Origin: the human T2T-CHM13v2.0 reference genome, Homo sapiens
Assembly: GCF_009914755.1 (NCBI RefSeq)
Contig: NC_060933.1
Length of the DNA stretch: 64,000 nt
Direction: 5' to 3' (one strand)
Below are positions 28,301-47,249 of the stretch, piece after piece. Under the pieces are notes generated by a model. The model was given only the letters and a program-made list of their open reading frames with translations. It had not been told where the DNA came from and ran no database searches. Each line of letters opens with the position of its first letter. The first letter of the stretch is position 1. Made by a program: the position numbers and the translations under genes.

Positions 28301-31300
28301 AGATATTCTTAAATAATTTCTAACCTATAATACTGTATCTGGCCAAACTAAGCTTTATAAGCAAAGAAGAAATAAAGTATTTTCCAAACAAGCAAATTCT
28401 GAGGGAATTCATCACCACCAGACCTGCCTTGCAAGAGCTCCTGAAGGAAGCAGTAAATATGGAAAGGAAAAACCATTATCAGCCACTACAAAAACACACC
28501 AAAGTACACAGACCAGTGACACTATGAAGCAACTACATAAACAAGTCTGCAAAATAACCAGCCAGCATCATGATGACAGGATCAAATTCACACATAACAA
28601 TATTAACCTTAAATGTAAATGGGCTAATCCCCAATTAAAAGACACAAAGGGCAAGCTGGATAAACAGTCATGATCCATTGGTGTGCTGAATTCAAGAGAC
28701 TCATCTCACATGCAAAGACACACATAGACTCAAAATAAAGTATGGAGGAAAATTTACCAAGCAAATGGAAAACAGAAAACAGCAAGGGTTGCAATCCTAG
28801 TTTCTGACAAAACAGACTTTAAACCAACGAAGATAAAAAAGACAAGAGCGTTACATAATGGTAAACAGGTCAATTCAATTAGAAGAGCTAACTATCCTAA
28901 ATATATATGCACCCAATACAGGAGCACCCAGATTCATAAAACAAGTTCTTAGAGACCTACGAAGAGACTTAAGACTCCCACACAATAATAGTGGGAGACT
29001 TTAACACTCCACTGTCAACATGAGACTGATTGTTGAGACAGAAAATTAACAAAGATATTTAGGACTTGAATTCAACTCTGGATCAAATGGACCTGATAGA
29101 TATCTACAGAACTCTCCAACCCCAAACAACAGATATAGATTCTTCTTGGCACCACATGGCACATCACATAATTGGAAGTAAAACACTCCTCAGCAAATGC
29201 AAAAGAACTGAAATCATAACAAACAGTCTCTAAGACCACAGCACAATCAAACTAGAACTCAAGATTAAGAAACTCACTCAAAACCACATAAGTACATGGA
29301 AATTCAACAACCTGTTCCTGAGTGACTCCTGGGTAAATGATAAAATTAAGGCAGAAATCAAGAAGTTCTTTGAAATCAATGAGAACAAAGAAACAACGTA
29401 TCAGAATCTCTGGGACATAGCTAAAGCAGTCTTAACAGGAAACTTTATAGCGCTAAATGCCCATATCAAAAAGGTAGATCTCAAATCAACACCCTAACGT
29501 CACAACCAAAAGAAGTAGAGAACCAAGAGCAAACAAACCCCAAAACTAGAGAAGAAATAACCAAGCTTAGAGCAGAACTGAAGGAGACCAGAGACACGAA
29601 AAACCCTTCAAACAATCAATGAATCCAGGGGCTTTTTTTTTTTTTTGGAAAAACTAATAAAATAGACCACTAGGTAGGCTAATAAAGAAATGAAAGAAGA
29701 ATCAAATAGACACAATAAAAATGATAAAGGGGATATCACCACTGACCCCACAGAAATACAAACAACCATCAGATAATACTATAAACACCTCTATACCAAT
29801 AAACCGGAAAATCTAGACACAATGGATAAATTCCTGAACACATACACCCCCACAAGACTAAACCAGGAAGAAGTTGAATCCCTGAATAGACTAATAACAA
29901 GTTCTGAAATTGAGGCAGTAATAAATAGTCTACCAACCAAAAAAAGCCCAGGACCAGATGGATTCACAGCTGAATTCTACCAAAAGTACAAAGAGGAGCT
30001 GATATTCTTTCTTCTGAAACTATTCCAAACAATCAAAAAGGAGGAACTCCTCCCTAACTCATTCTATGAGGCCAGCATCATCCTGATACCAAAACCTGAC
30101 AGATACAACAACAAAAAAACTTCAGGCCAATATTCCTGAAGTACACCAATGTAAAAATCCTCAATAAAATACTGGCAAACCAAATACAGCAGCACATCAA
30201 AAAGCTTATCTGCCACGATCAAGTTGGCTTCATGTCCAGGGTGCAAGGGTGGTTCAAAATATACAAAATCAATAAATGTAATTAATCACATAAACATATC
30301 TAAAGACAAAAACCACAAGATTATTTCAATAGATGCAGAAAAGATCTTCCATAAAATTCAACATCCCTTCATGTTAAAAACTCTCAATAAATCAGGTGTT
30401 GATGGAGCATACCTCAAAATAATAGCCATTTATGACAAACCCACGGCCAAATATCATACTGAATGGGTAAAGCTGGATTCATTCCCTTGAAAACTGGCCC
30501 AAGTTAAGGATGCCCTCTCATCACTCCTATTCAACATAGTATCTGAAGTCCTGGCCAAGGCAATCGGGCAAGAGAAAGAAATAAAGGGTATTCAAATAGG
30601 AAGAGAGGAAGCCAAATTGTCTTTGTTTGCAGATGACATGCAAACATAGACACCCCATCTAGAACACACCATCATCTCTGCTCAAAAGCTTCTTAAGCTG
30701 ATAAGCAAATTCAGCAAAGTCTCAAGATACAAAATCAACGTGCAAAGGTCACACACATTCCTGTATACCAAGAACAAGAAAGCAGAGAGCTGAATTATGA
30801 ATGAACTCCTATTCACAATTGCTACAAAGAGAATATACCTATGAATACAGTTAGCGAGGAACATGAAGGACCTCTTCAAGGAGAACTACAAACCACTGCT
30901 CAAGGAAATAAGGGAGAACACAAACAAAAAAAAATTCCATGTTCATGGATAGGAAGAATCAATATCGTGAAAATGGCCATCCTGCCCAAAGTAATTTATA
31001 GTTTCAATGCTATTCCCATCAAACTACCATCGACATTCTTCACAGAACTAGAAGAAACTATTTAAAAAGTCGTATGGAACCAAAAGAGCTCAAACAGCCA
31101 AGACAATCCTAAGCAAAAAGAACAAAGCTGAAGGGAGGCATCACACTACTGGACTTCAAACTATACTACAAGGGTACAGTAACCAAAACAGCATGGTACT
31201 GTTACAAAAACAGACACCTAAACCAATAGAATTTCTGTTCCAGAACTCAGAAATAAGACCGCACATCTATGACCATCTGATCTTGGACAAACGTGACAAA

Positions 31301-31677
31301 AAATAGCAATGGGCAAAGGATCCGCTATTTAATAAATGGTGCTGGGAGAACTGGACCACTTCCCTACACCTTATAGAAAAATTAACTCAAGCTGAATTAA
31401 AGACTTAACTGTAAAACCAAAACTATAAAAACCCTAGAAGAAGATCTAGGCAATGCTATTCACAACATAGGTATGGGCAAAGATTTCAGGACAAAATCAC
31501 CAAAAGCAATTGCAACAAAAGCCCAAATTGACAAATAAGATCTAATTAAACTAAAGAACTTCTGCACAGCAAAAGAAACTACCATCAGAGTGAACAGACA
31601 ACCTACAGAGTGGGAGAAAATTTTTGCAATCTATCCATTTAACAAAGGTCTAATATCCAGAATCTACAAGGAACTTA

Positions 31678-32064
<387 letters not shown>

Positions 32065-33953
32065 TCATGCAGCCAACAGACATTTGAAAAAAAAGCTCAA
32101 CATCAATGATCATTAGAGAAATGCAAATCAAAATTACAATGAGATACTATCTCACGACAGTCAGAATAGCAATTATTACAAAGTCAAGAAACAACAGATG
32201 CTTTTGAGGTTGCAGAGAAATAGGAACTAATTCCTACTGTTGGTGGGAATGTAAATTAGTTCAACCATTGTGGAAGACAGTGTGGTGATTCCTCAAAGAT
32301 CTAGAACCAGAAATACCATTTGACCCAGCAATACCATTATTGGGTATATACCCAAAGGAATATAAATCATTCTATTACAAAGATGCATATGTTCATTGCA
32401 GCACTATTCACAATAGCAAAGACATGAATTCAACCCAAATGCCCATCAATAAGAGACTGGATATAGAAAATGTGGTACATATACACCATGGAATACTATG
32501 TAGCCATAAAAAGGAATGAGATCATGTCCTTTGCAGGGAAATGGATGGAGCTGGAAGCCATTATCCTCAGCAAACTAAGGCAGGAAGAGAAAACCAAACA
32601 CAGCAAGTTCTCCCTTATAAGTGGGAGCTGAACAATGAGATCACGTGAACATGGGGAAGCAAAAAACACACAATGGGGCCTGTCAGAGGGTGGGGTTGGG
32701 GGAGGGCCAGCATCAGGAAAAATAGCTAATGCATGCTGAGCTTAATGCCTAGGTGATGGGTTGACAGGCACAGCAAACCACCATGGCACACGTTTACCTA
32801 TGTAATGAACTTGCACATCTCGCTCATGTACTGCTGAATTTAAAAATAAAATTAAAAAAAAAAAAGAATGAAAGGGTTCATCCCAGAAACACGAGGACAG
32901 GTCAAGATCACAAAACCTATCAACTTAGTTTACCATGTTAATAGACACCCATCCTCAATCACAGCTGGATTTGCTTTCTACTTCAGGAGAAAATTGATGC
33001 AATCTGAAAAAGAACTTGCATCGACTCCCTTTGCCAAATTTTTAAATTCATCTCTTAACAGGTACACCCATATACTCTCCCTTTCTACCTATTTCTACAG
33101 ATGAACTATACACTCTAAAGCCAATTTCTGCACTTACGTATTACATCTCTCCTCTTGCCTACCCTAGGACACTACTCCAGCAATCCTTCTCCGCATTCTT
33201 CATCAGTTTTTAACTTCTATTGAATCACTCTTACCAGAAAACTTATTTCTCCCACTTATAAAAACACACACACAAACCCAAACACATTTCTCTTGGCCCC
33301 ACTTACCATGCCAGCTACCATCGTATCTATTTTCTCTTTTCTGTAACAAAACTCCTTGATAGAGTTTTCTATATTTACTAATTTGTTCCTCTTCTCTCAC
33401 TGTCTTAAACCCACTCTAATCAGACTTTCATTTCATCACTCTACCAAAACTTCTCTTATGAAGGTCACAAACATATTGCTAAATTCAACAGCCATTCACA
33501 TCTTAATTGATTTATGAAATACACCTCTTCCTGACATACTTTCATCATTTGGTTTCCACGATATCACACTCTCTTTTCTTCCAACCTAAGTAGTTGTCCC
33601 TTTTCTGTTTCCTTTACAAGTTCTCACTCCCCAACTTATTATTGTTGGTGTTTCTGAGGACTCAGTTCTTAGTACTATTTTCTATGTACACTTACTCTTC
33701 TGGTGATCTCCTCCAGTCTTACAGCTCAAAAAATTATTTATCTACCTACGACTTCTGAACTTCTATCTGCAAACAAGATGACTCTTTCAAACTCCAGATT
33801 TATATACCTTACTTCCTACTCAACAAGTCCACATTAATGTTTCAAACTCAACATTGTTTAAAACTCCACAAAATTCAACATGTCCAAAACTGAACTACTG
33901 ATACTGTCTTCCAAACCTGTTCCACTTCGAGGCCTTTCCTATCTCATTTATGA

Positions 33954-34375
<422 letters not shown>

Positions 34376-34592
34376 TAGAATTTAACAGTTTTCACTATCT
34401 TCACTTCTATCATCCTCATCTAAGACCCTCCCTAACAGGTCTCTCTGTTTCTACTCTTGCCTTTCTACAGTCTATTCTCAACACAGTAGCCAGAGTGATC
34501 CATTTAAAATGTCAATTATGTCACTTCTCTGCTCAAAAATCTTAATGACTCCTTGCATCACCCCAAAACAAAGTCTTTAAAATGATCTAAAA

Positions 34593-35117
34593 CAGGGGGT
34601 CCCCAACCACTGGGGACTTAACTGGTCTATGGCCTGTTAGGAACCAGGCCACATGGCAGGAGGTAAGCAGTGGGCAGGCGAGCGAGCAAAGCTTCACCTA
34701 TATTTACAGCTGCTCCCCATTGCTCGCATTATCACCTGAGCTCTACCTCCTGTCAGATCAGGCACAGCATTAGATTCTTATAGGAGTGTGAACCCTATTG
34801 TGAACTGCGCATGCCAGGGATCTAGGTTGCACGCTCCTTATGAGAATCTAATGCCTGATTATCTATCACTGTCTCCCATCACCCCCAGATGGGACCATCT
34901 GGTTTCAGGAAAACAAGCTCAGGGCTCCCACTGATTCTACATTATGGTAAATTGTATAATTATTTCATTAAACATTACCATGTAATAGTAATAGAAATAA
35001 AGTTCACAATAAATGTAATGCGCTTGGATCATCTGAAAATCATTCCCCTCCCTGGTCCAAGGAAAAATTGTCTTCCATGAAACTGGTCCCTGGTACCAAA
35101 AAGGTTGGGGATTACTG
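34593..35117. mobile_element. MER1A hAT-Charlie DNA transposon
   Basis: Terminal inverted repeats cagggggtccccaac...gttggggattactg, about 525 bp, 8-bp TSD atctaaaa/gcctaaaa. Confidence 0.88.
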
Positions 35118-36143
35118 GCCTAAAATACCCTATTTTATCATGTCTGCCTATTACCTCTCCTACCTTATCTTCTACTACTTTCCTCATTTTCTCTGCTCCA
35201 ACCACATTTGGACTCTTTGCTATTCCCTGTATACATCAGGCAGAAGGGCCTCTGCTCCACTATTTCCTCTGCATAAATGCCCTTTCTCCAGATATCCACT
35301 TGGATAATTCCCTTACCACTTCTTTTTAAATCTCACCTTTTCAATAATTGGTCTACACTTACCACACTGTTTAATACTATACCCCACCTTTCAACTCCTT
35401 GCTCTGTTTATCTCCCTTATCCTGTTTTATTTTTCATTTTTCTGTAGCTCTTACTACTTTCAAATATTTACTTAATAAAGCTCCATAAAGCCTTTGATCT
35501 TTGTCTGTTTTGTCCACTGACATATTCCCAAGATTCTAAAATTGTGCCTGGATGCTTAGTAGGTACCCAATGAGTATTTGCTTAATAAAAGAAAAAATCA
35601 TAAGACTAAGCAAAAGTATGCGAAAAGAAGACCTTAATAAAGTTCAGCCCTATTTACGATGATTAAAAAAAAATCTCTTAGCAAGCTTCCTTACCTTAAT
35701 GAAGATTATATAGCATAAACCTACAAACATCATACCTAATGGAGATATTTAAATGCGTGCCCTTTAAGCCTGGGAACAAAACAAGAAATCAAAGCAAAAA
35801 AAAAAAATGGTATAAGTTTAGCAAGAAAGTGATATAACTATCATTTTCAAGTGATAAAAAACCTATAGAATCAACAAACTATTAGAACTATGAAGATAGT
35901 TCAGCATGGTTGCTGGATAAAGATCAACCTATAAAAATAAGTTGCATTTCTCTAGCCAAGTCACTAACTAGTAAATATAATTCACAGGTATTTACAATAG
36001 CTAAAGAAAAAAAAGTATTAAGCATGAAATTAACCAATGATACTGTAAAAGTTTCCATAAAGAAAACTTTAAAATCATAAGAATAGAATATAAGTAATTT
36101 CATGACTTTGATTAGGATGACTTTATGTAATAAAGAGGTCAAT

Positions 36144-39091
<2,948 letters not shown>

Positions 39092-39128
39092 AAAGAAGTC
39101 AATCCTCTTCAAATTAGTGTATATATTC

Positions 39129-40200
39129 TGTTGTGGGAAGCCACGGACCCTGAACGGAGGGACCGGCTGGAGCCATGGCAGAGGAACATAAATTGTGAAG
39201 ATTTCATTTTAATATGGACATTTATCAGTTCCCAAATAATACTTTTATAATTTCTTATGCCTGTCTTTACTCTCTTAATCCTGTTATCTTCGTAAGCTGA
39301 GGATGTATGTCACCTCAGGACCACTGTGATAATTGTGTTAACTGTACAAATTGATTGTAAAACGTGTGTTTGAACAATATGAAATCAGTGTACCTTGAAA
39401 AAGAACAGAATAACAGCAATTTTTAGGGAACAAGGGAAGACAACTGTAAGGTCTGACTGCCTGCGGGGTTGGGCAAAAAGAGCCATATTTTTCTTCTTGC
39501 AGAGAGGCTATAAACGGATGTGCAAGTAGGGAAGATATCACTAAATTCTTTTTCCTAGCAAGGAATATTAGTATTAATACCCTGGGAAAGGAATGTACTA
39601 CTGGAGGGAGGTCTATAAACAGCTGCTTCGGGAATGTCTGTCTTATGTCGTTGACATAAGGACTGATATACGCCCTGGTCTCCTGCAGTACCCTCAGGCT
39701 TACTAGGGTGGGGAAAAACTCCACCCTGGTAAATTTGTGGTCAGACTGGTTCTCTGCTCTCAAACCCTGTTTTCTGTTATTTAAGATGTTTATCAAGACA
39801 ATACATGCACCACTGAACATAAACCTTTATCAGTAGTTCTGCTTTTGCCCTTTCCCTTGTGATCTTTATTGGACCCTTATCAGTAGTTCTGCTTTTGCCA
39901 TTTGTCCTGTTCCCTCAGAAGCATGTCATCTTTGTTAGACCCTTATTAGTAGTTCTGCTCTTTGCACTTTGAAGCATGTGATCTACTCCCTGTTCTTACA
40001 CCCCCTCCCCTTTTGAAACTCTTAACAAAAAACTTGCTGGTTTGAGGCTCAGGCCAGCATTAGAGTCCTACCGATATGTGCTGTCACCCCCGGCGGCCCA
40101 GCTGTAAAATTCCTTTCTTTGTACTCTTTATTTCTCAGCCAGCGGACACTTATGGAAAATAGAACCTACATTGAAATATTGGGGGCGGGTTCCCCTGATA
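39129..40200 (+). mobile_element. MER11 solo LTR (HERV-K11/HML-8)
   Basis: Begins TGTTGTGGGAAG...CGGAGGGACCGGCTG and ends GGGTTCCCCTGATA, 1072 bp, perfect 6-bp TSD ATATTC at 39123-39128 and 40201-40206. Confidence 0.92.
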
Positions 40201-40206
40201 ATATTC

Positions 40207-41500
40207 CACGCATCCCAAATAAAATTCCATGTGGACTTTTAAAAAAGAAATTCAATAAGCATACTTTTAAATATATATGAAAGAATAAAGGTTGAAGATT
40301 TAGGTTAGTCAATCCTAAGGGAAAAAATAAACATTGAAGACTTGTCCTGCCAGATAAATGACATCCTATAGAGTCACAGTATCAAAAATAGTAACGATAA
40401 AAGGCCAAATAAATGACCAATTAAATAAAATAGAAAGCTCAAACTTATCAGTAATGGTTATCCCACAAATTAGTGAGAAAAATAATTGATTAGTAGAAAG
40501 TGTTCAGAAAACTAGCTCCCTATGTAGAGAAAAAAAGACTTATTGAGAAAGTGAGGTAATATTCCTACCGAGACCAGAACTAAAAATTAGCCTAATAATT
40601 AAGGACTTAATGTGAAAAGTAAAACTGAAAAGTTAACAGAAGGACAGAAAAGGACCTCTAATACATAAGGCAAAACACTTACTGCCTAATTATATAAAAG
40701 TTAAGGCTTTCTGTCAAGCAACAGCAATAGACAGATGTCAAAATGGGAGAACATATTTGTGACATCTAAAACCAACAACTAGTTGTTACTGTATCTAGAT
40801 TTGATTAACTCCTATAAACCAACTGGAAAATGATAACAATTCCAACAAGAATTGGGCAAAATATATAAACAGGAAATTTTAAGAGAAAATCCAAAAGGTT
40901 AACATGTATATGAAAAGATGTTCAGACCCAGAGCAAGTTAAAATAGAAATATAGTGTCATTTTACATCTATTACACTGGTAAAAGTTAATAACTGTATAA
41001 TGCTAATTGTTGACATAGATATGAGGACACAGGATTGGTGGTGCAACTATACATTGGTGTAGTCACTCTGAAGAGCAATCTGATACTCCTCAGGCAAATT
41101 AAACATACACATACTTCATGACACAGCAATTCCACTCTAGATGTGTATCCCAGAAACACTTCTAGGTTCATAAGGGGACACATACAATGATGTTCATGGC
41201 AGTGTTATCTGTAGTGGTAGGGAGTTCAAGGCTATATAGGTTAGGTGTTCAAAACTGAATAAATCAGTAAAATGTGAGGAATGCACATGAGTATTATGCA
41301 GTAGTTAGAAGCAATGGACTAAATGTTCACATAGCAACAATAAGATATAGATCTTAAATGCCTTTTAGATATATCTTAAACATATGAACAGGAAAGAATG
41401 CATAATTTGCAAAAACTTATAAAAACAAAAAATATATAATAAACACATTACAACAATTGCCAAGGAGAGGAGGAGAATGGGAGTGGAGAAAGGGGCTAAG
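40207..41500 (+). mobile_element. Ancient L1ME distal ORF2 and 3' end (continues fragments at about 25480-26019 and 35590-36130)
   Basis: Degenerate ORF2 motifs (acagcaattccactctag...tatcccagaaac). Confidence 0.65.
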
Positions 41501-42884
41501 TGAGGATAATCACCTTCTGTAAATTATAATTTACTTATGTTAATTGTCTATCTTTACTATTCTGTAGGCTTCATGAGGGTAGGAGCCTTCACCGTTTACT
41601 CTAACATCCCAATCACCAAGAAGAGTGCCTAACACATGATAGGTACTCAAATTTTGTTGAACTAATATATAAAGAGAAGGGCCCTTTACAGACTAGTTGT
41701 GATGATATCTGAAACATAAAGAAACAAAAAAAACAAGAATATGTGACATGAAGACTAAGAATATGGGAATATGATTAATCTAACTGGAATAGGGGTTACA
41801 GATTATGAAAAGCTGATTTTGAAACATTAATGATTTCACCTGGCACTAATATCTCGGAAGCACAATACTCAGTCGTAATTTAGAAATATGATGTCAACTT
41901 CATGGTGCCACATTACGGGGTAGGTCTTGGAGATACTGCCTCCACCTTCAGGGTCCATTAACAAGAAGCACACAATTACAGATTCAAGATATGTATAAGT
42001 AGCTTTGAAAAAAAGCATTTTTTAATAGCAGCGTAGCAAATTATATTTTTCTGTGTCAGACTCAAGTAGATCATCAGGATATTAAAATTTCAGACAACTG
42101 ACGTGATCTAACACAACAACTTGTCCTGCTGGTAAAAGTGAAATAAAAAGTAATCAACTTTCCAGCCATATTCATATATAAAAATGATGTCATAATTATG
42201 TATTCTATATTAGAAACATATACATCTCTGCAACTTCTAAATTATTTCCTAGAAATTAACAGGACAGAATAAATGTCATCTTCCCTTATAGATTAATAAT
42301 TTTTAAAATTATAATACAATTCATGTTGATAACCTAACCCATTTTTCCTTCCTCTACATATTTCAATACAACTGTGGTTTTACTGTTACATAGTATTTCC
42401 ACTTCAGCAAACTGTCTTTTACATAGTTTCCATAGTAGCAGGTTTTGTGGGTATAACAATTTTCAAATATTTTCAGATACATTTTTATTTTCTACAAGTC
42501 TTGTTTCATTGCAGCTTCCTGCTCATTATTAATGACATTTATTCTTCCAGGGGAGTGTGAATAATACTTAAAACAAAAGGATCATTAACAAGCTGAGTTT
42601 TAAGGTTGAACATTTTTATTAAGAAAACTGTCTTTAGAGCACTTTGTTGAGAAAAGGCATTCCAACCTCTCTTTAAATAACAGCCTCAAGCTTGGAGGTC
42701 TAAAAATAAAATTTTGACTACAGTATTATAGCATAGGTAGTGAAAGCACAGTATTTGATGTGAGAGAAATGCCCACCCAACATAAAGCAGAAAGGGAAGG
42801 CTCTCCTTGCACTCCTGGGAGAAAAGAACAAGAAAGAGGAGTTTAAAAGAAAAAAAAAAGAGAGAGACAGACAGTAAACTGGAC

Positions 42885-43041
42885 CTTGTTACTCAAAAGT
42901 GTGGGCCACGAACTAGCAGCACCTGGGAGCTAGTTAAAAACGAAAAATATCAGGCCCCACCCCAGGCCTACTAACTCAGAGTCGGTAAATTAACAGGATT
43001 CCCAAATGATTCATATGCACATTAAAGCGTGAGAGTCACTG
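42885..43041. mobile_element. MER5-family DNA transposon relic
   Basis: ctcaaaagtgtggg...caggccccaccccagg...gattcatatgcacattaaag pattern. Confidence 0.75.
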
Positions 43042-43668
43042 AACTAAAGTAAAAGTAGAAGACTGGGGAGAGACACTTCCTTCATTATAACAGAAGGACA
43101 AGGTGAGGTTTGTATGTGGGTTAGTTTGATGGGTCGGTTTGAAAATGATCATGAATCAGTCTCATGGTTTCTGTCTTTAAAAGTTTTTATTCTTTCAGCA
43201 ACAGTGACTTTATAAATTCTATTCATTCATTCCAAAAAAGCTAATGAGTGCCTACAATGTGCATTGTTTGACTTTTTTCAGTCCTCTACATTAGGGGCTC
43301 TTTTTGGCATGATAGTTTACTCATTTCCTTAATTTCAGAAATCTTCACTTTTACAAGATTTGTCCAAATCAAATCAACTGAATTACTGTAAAAGGCAGTA
43401 ATCTTCTTCCTATGGATACACTATAAACAAAGTGCAATTTCTTTTAAAATGACAAATCATACTGGGACTAAAATGTCTTAGTCACAAAATGTAAAAACAT
43501 AGTAAGATATACCAATGAATCTGAAACAAGAATATCCTTCCTGCAGACTGCTTGAAAGCATCAAGTATAAATTCAGCGCATATTAAACACATGCGATGTG
43601 CTAGGCCATCTGCTAAGCATTTCAGACAAAAATATGCATGAAATAGTCCCTATAATACAGTATGGTAT

Positions 43669-43985
43669 ATAGGGCTGACTTTATGGGACTGAAACCTATG
43701 TAGTCACACAGGCCTTGCATTTGGTTTAAATGTTCCTTTGTTGTTCTGAATAAATTTACCTTTGAAACTTTAAGTGAATGAAATACAAGTACGTAAACTC
43801 TTAAATGAAGCCTGATAGGAGAACGGACCAGGCCTATCTCCTGGTACGTGACCAGGGGATATGGACAAGTAAGGAAAACAGTTTTATATTTTACTACCTT
43901 TATTTTCATGGCCCTTTCCTGCTTTTTTGAACAAGGTACTCTGCATTTTTATCTTCTACAAGGTTGGGCTGATTCTGTAGCCAAT
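43669..43985. mobile_element. hAT-Tip100 (MER91/Zaphod-like) relic
   Basis: agggctgactttatggg...tttttgaacaagg...tgtagcc ends resemble MER91. Confidence 0.5.
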
Positions 43986-44388
43986 GACGACAGTCAAATA
44001 CAACTATGTGCTAGATACTGTGGTAGAAAGGACAATGGAGCCATTGGCCATGAAAAGGTCAATGATGACTTCACAGGGAAAATGATACTTAAGTTGGGCT
44101 TTGAAGGACAAAAAGGAGTTTGCCAGATGACTGGCACTCCAGAAAAGAACAACATTCTTACATAAATATGTAGACTTACAAGTGTACATTTATTTCCTCC
44201 AAGTTAAAAAAAAAAGCGCTTCATTGAAGTTTTGTATATTTTCAATACACTGTTTTTTACAATTTTTTAAAGAGCTGTGTACTAGGCACAAATTCCACTT
44301 CCTGGGGAAGCTCACCTTCTGGCAGAGCAAATGCAGGAATAAGAAATATACAGAGGTGAACAAACATGCCTTCGGTTTCGATTTTTAC

Positions 44389-44677
44389 CTGGGTTTGTGC
44401 CTCTTCCCCGGGCCGGGGAAGCGGTTTGCGGGCTTTCGAACTGGTATGGGCTGTAGGCTTCGACCTTCTCCGAGGCCTGTGCAATCAACCGTGAGAAAGG
44501 GGTTTCCTCCTCGAAACGGAACTGGCTCCAGTTGGCATGGCCGCAGAGTTTTTCTATTTCTTTCACCAAGTACCTGCCGCACAGCTTCCTGGCACTGCTG
44601 ATGTCGCTCAGTTCACGAGAAAACCGAACCAGCAGGAGTCCAAGCCACAGCAGGGACAAGCGGAGGAGCCGCGGCAT
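44389..44677 (-). CDS. INSL6: Insulin-like peptide 6, coding exon 1 (signal peptide, B-chain, start of C-peptide)
   Basis: Translates [46 protein letters not shown]...GTNP: hydrophobic signal peptide and insulin-family LCG-x10-CG B-chain. 289 nt ending at phase-1 donor CAG|GTAAAA (GT at 44388-44387). Confidence 0.98.
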
Positions 44678-44890
44678 CCCTGTGACCCCAGGCTAGTCCT
44701 CCGCGTTGTGCAATGGCGGTCGGCCGGACCCTGCTCCCTGTCTGCGCCTGCGCCAGGCCGAGCGGCGCGCACAAACACTGCGGAATTCCGAGCGCGTGGG
44801 GGCGTCGCCAGAACTTCAAGGGAAGGCGCGCGCCGGCTGCGTCAAGGCTTTCCCGCCAGCTCAGGGGTCTCAGGTGGTCGAAGGTAGCAG
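44400..44890 (-). promoter_or_regulatory. INSL6: INSL6 CpG island and TATA-less promoter with NRF1, E2F and CRE-like motifs
   Basis: The clearest CpG-dense unique segment of the window, covering exon 1 and about 200 bp upstream. TGCGCCTGCGC at 44743-44753, TGCGTCA at 44838-44844, TTTCCCGCCA at 44849-44858. Confidence 0.85.
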
Positions 44891-46059
44891 GCCCTGGCTC
44901 CTAAAATGAAAGCCAAAAATCCCCTCACTACCCCGCCACCCCCTAGTTTGATTCATTTTTCTTTCCTTCCTCAATGGGAGATTCCTCACCAAGCGTGAGA
45001 ACATAGGATCCCTGTTACCTGATAACGTAGGTTAAAAAGTGTTGCTCCCTCCACCTGGAATGCGTTTCTCGTTCTTGTTTGCCAGGTTGTTAATAAAGCT
45101 TCGTCTCCCTCACAGAAACCCCCTGTCATCTCTTTCACGGTGTTAATCGACCTGTTTCCATTTGTGGGCGTGTAACCTCTTTCCTGAGACCCCCGCTTCA
45201 TGAAGGCAAGGGCCTGCGTCTGTTCTTGCTTTCCATCGTACCCCGGGATCTGGCATTTAGCTGGCAATCAAATATGTGGTGAAACGTTTAAGTGTTGCAT
45301 ATGGCCATGTGCGTTTAGTCAGGTTCAAAGCTTCTTCAGAAAAATCCTACTGGTTCACAGGGAGGCATGGGCCTTAGCCTCAATCTCCAGAAAAAAGAAG
45401 TAGGGATGCTGTCTTGAGGTACCTGGGATGGAAATCTGGTTCTTTCGGTTAGATAATGTAGAGGATTGTGTATTACCAAATTAACTTGTGACAGGGACCC
45501 CTAGAGGATTTGCCTTGTAAGAATAACAGCATGCAGCATGAAATGCTCATTTAGGTGAGATAATTTTGCTCAGTTAGGAGGGAAGGGGCAGGGAAGCGAA
45601 GCGCAATCGGCATAGGTAGCTTTATCATTTTAAATGAAGTTCTGTGTTACTAGTGTGTTGGCGTGGAAGGATGTACTATCGGCCACAAGAGGGCATTCGG
45701 TGGCTGTCTCAGGAATAAGGTTCAGGATGCTGAAGCCACAGGTGCAAGCTTATCAGTGATCTCACCATTTCCCTATACAATTTTATTTTTTTCTCCCTTT
45801 CTTTTCTGTCTTCTGACTCTATGTCTTTTTCTTAATTTTCCGTTTCCCTATCTTTTCCCTGCTTCCCAGTGGCATCCATGAATGCTGTTAAATTAACTGC
45901 CAATTGGATTTTTTAAATGGTTGATATAATATAGATTAGTAAAATTTAATCACCTTCCTTAAAAAATAACTTATGTCCAAACTATAGTGGGCCATGAGTC
46001 CTAGTCAGAACTTTATCAGGTAAGGTTTTTGAGAACGGAAAATATTAATCATACTGAGA

Positions 46060-47245
<1,186 letters not shown>

Positions 47246-47249
47246 ATGA

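Noticed and set aside
39338-39820. 160-aa antisense ORF
   Set aside because: Lies wholly within the MER11 LTR, with no retroviral or cellular protein features.
44182-44909. Several plus-strand ORFs overlapping INSL6 exon 1
   Set aside because: Expected in GC-rich, stop-poor sequence. Mostly non-ATG starts and no recognisable domain.
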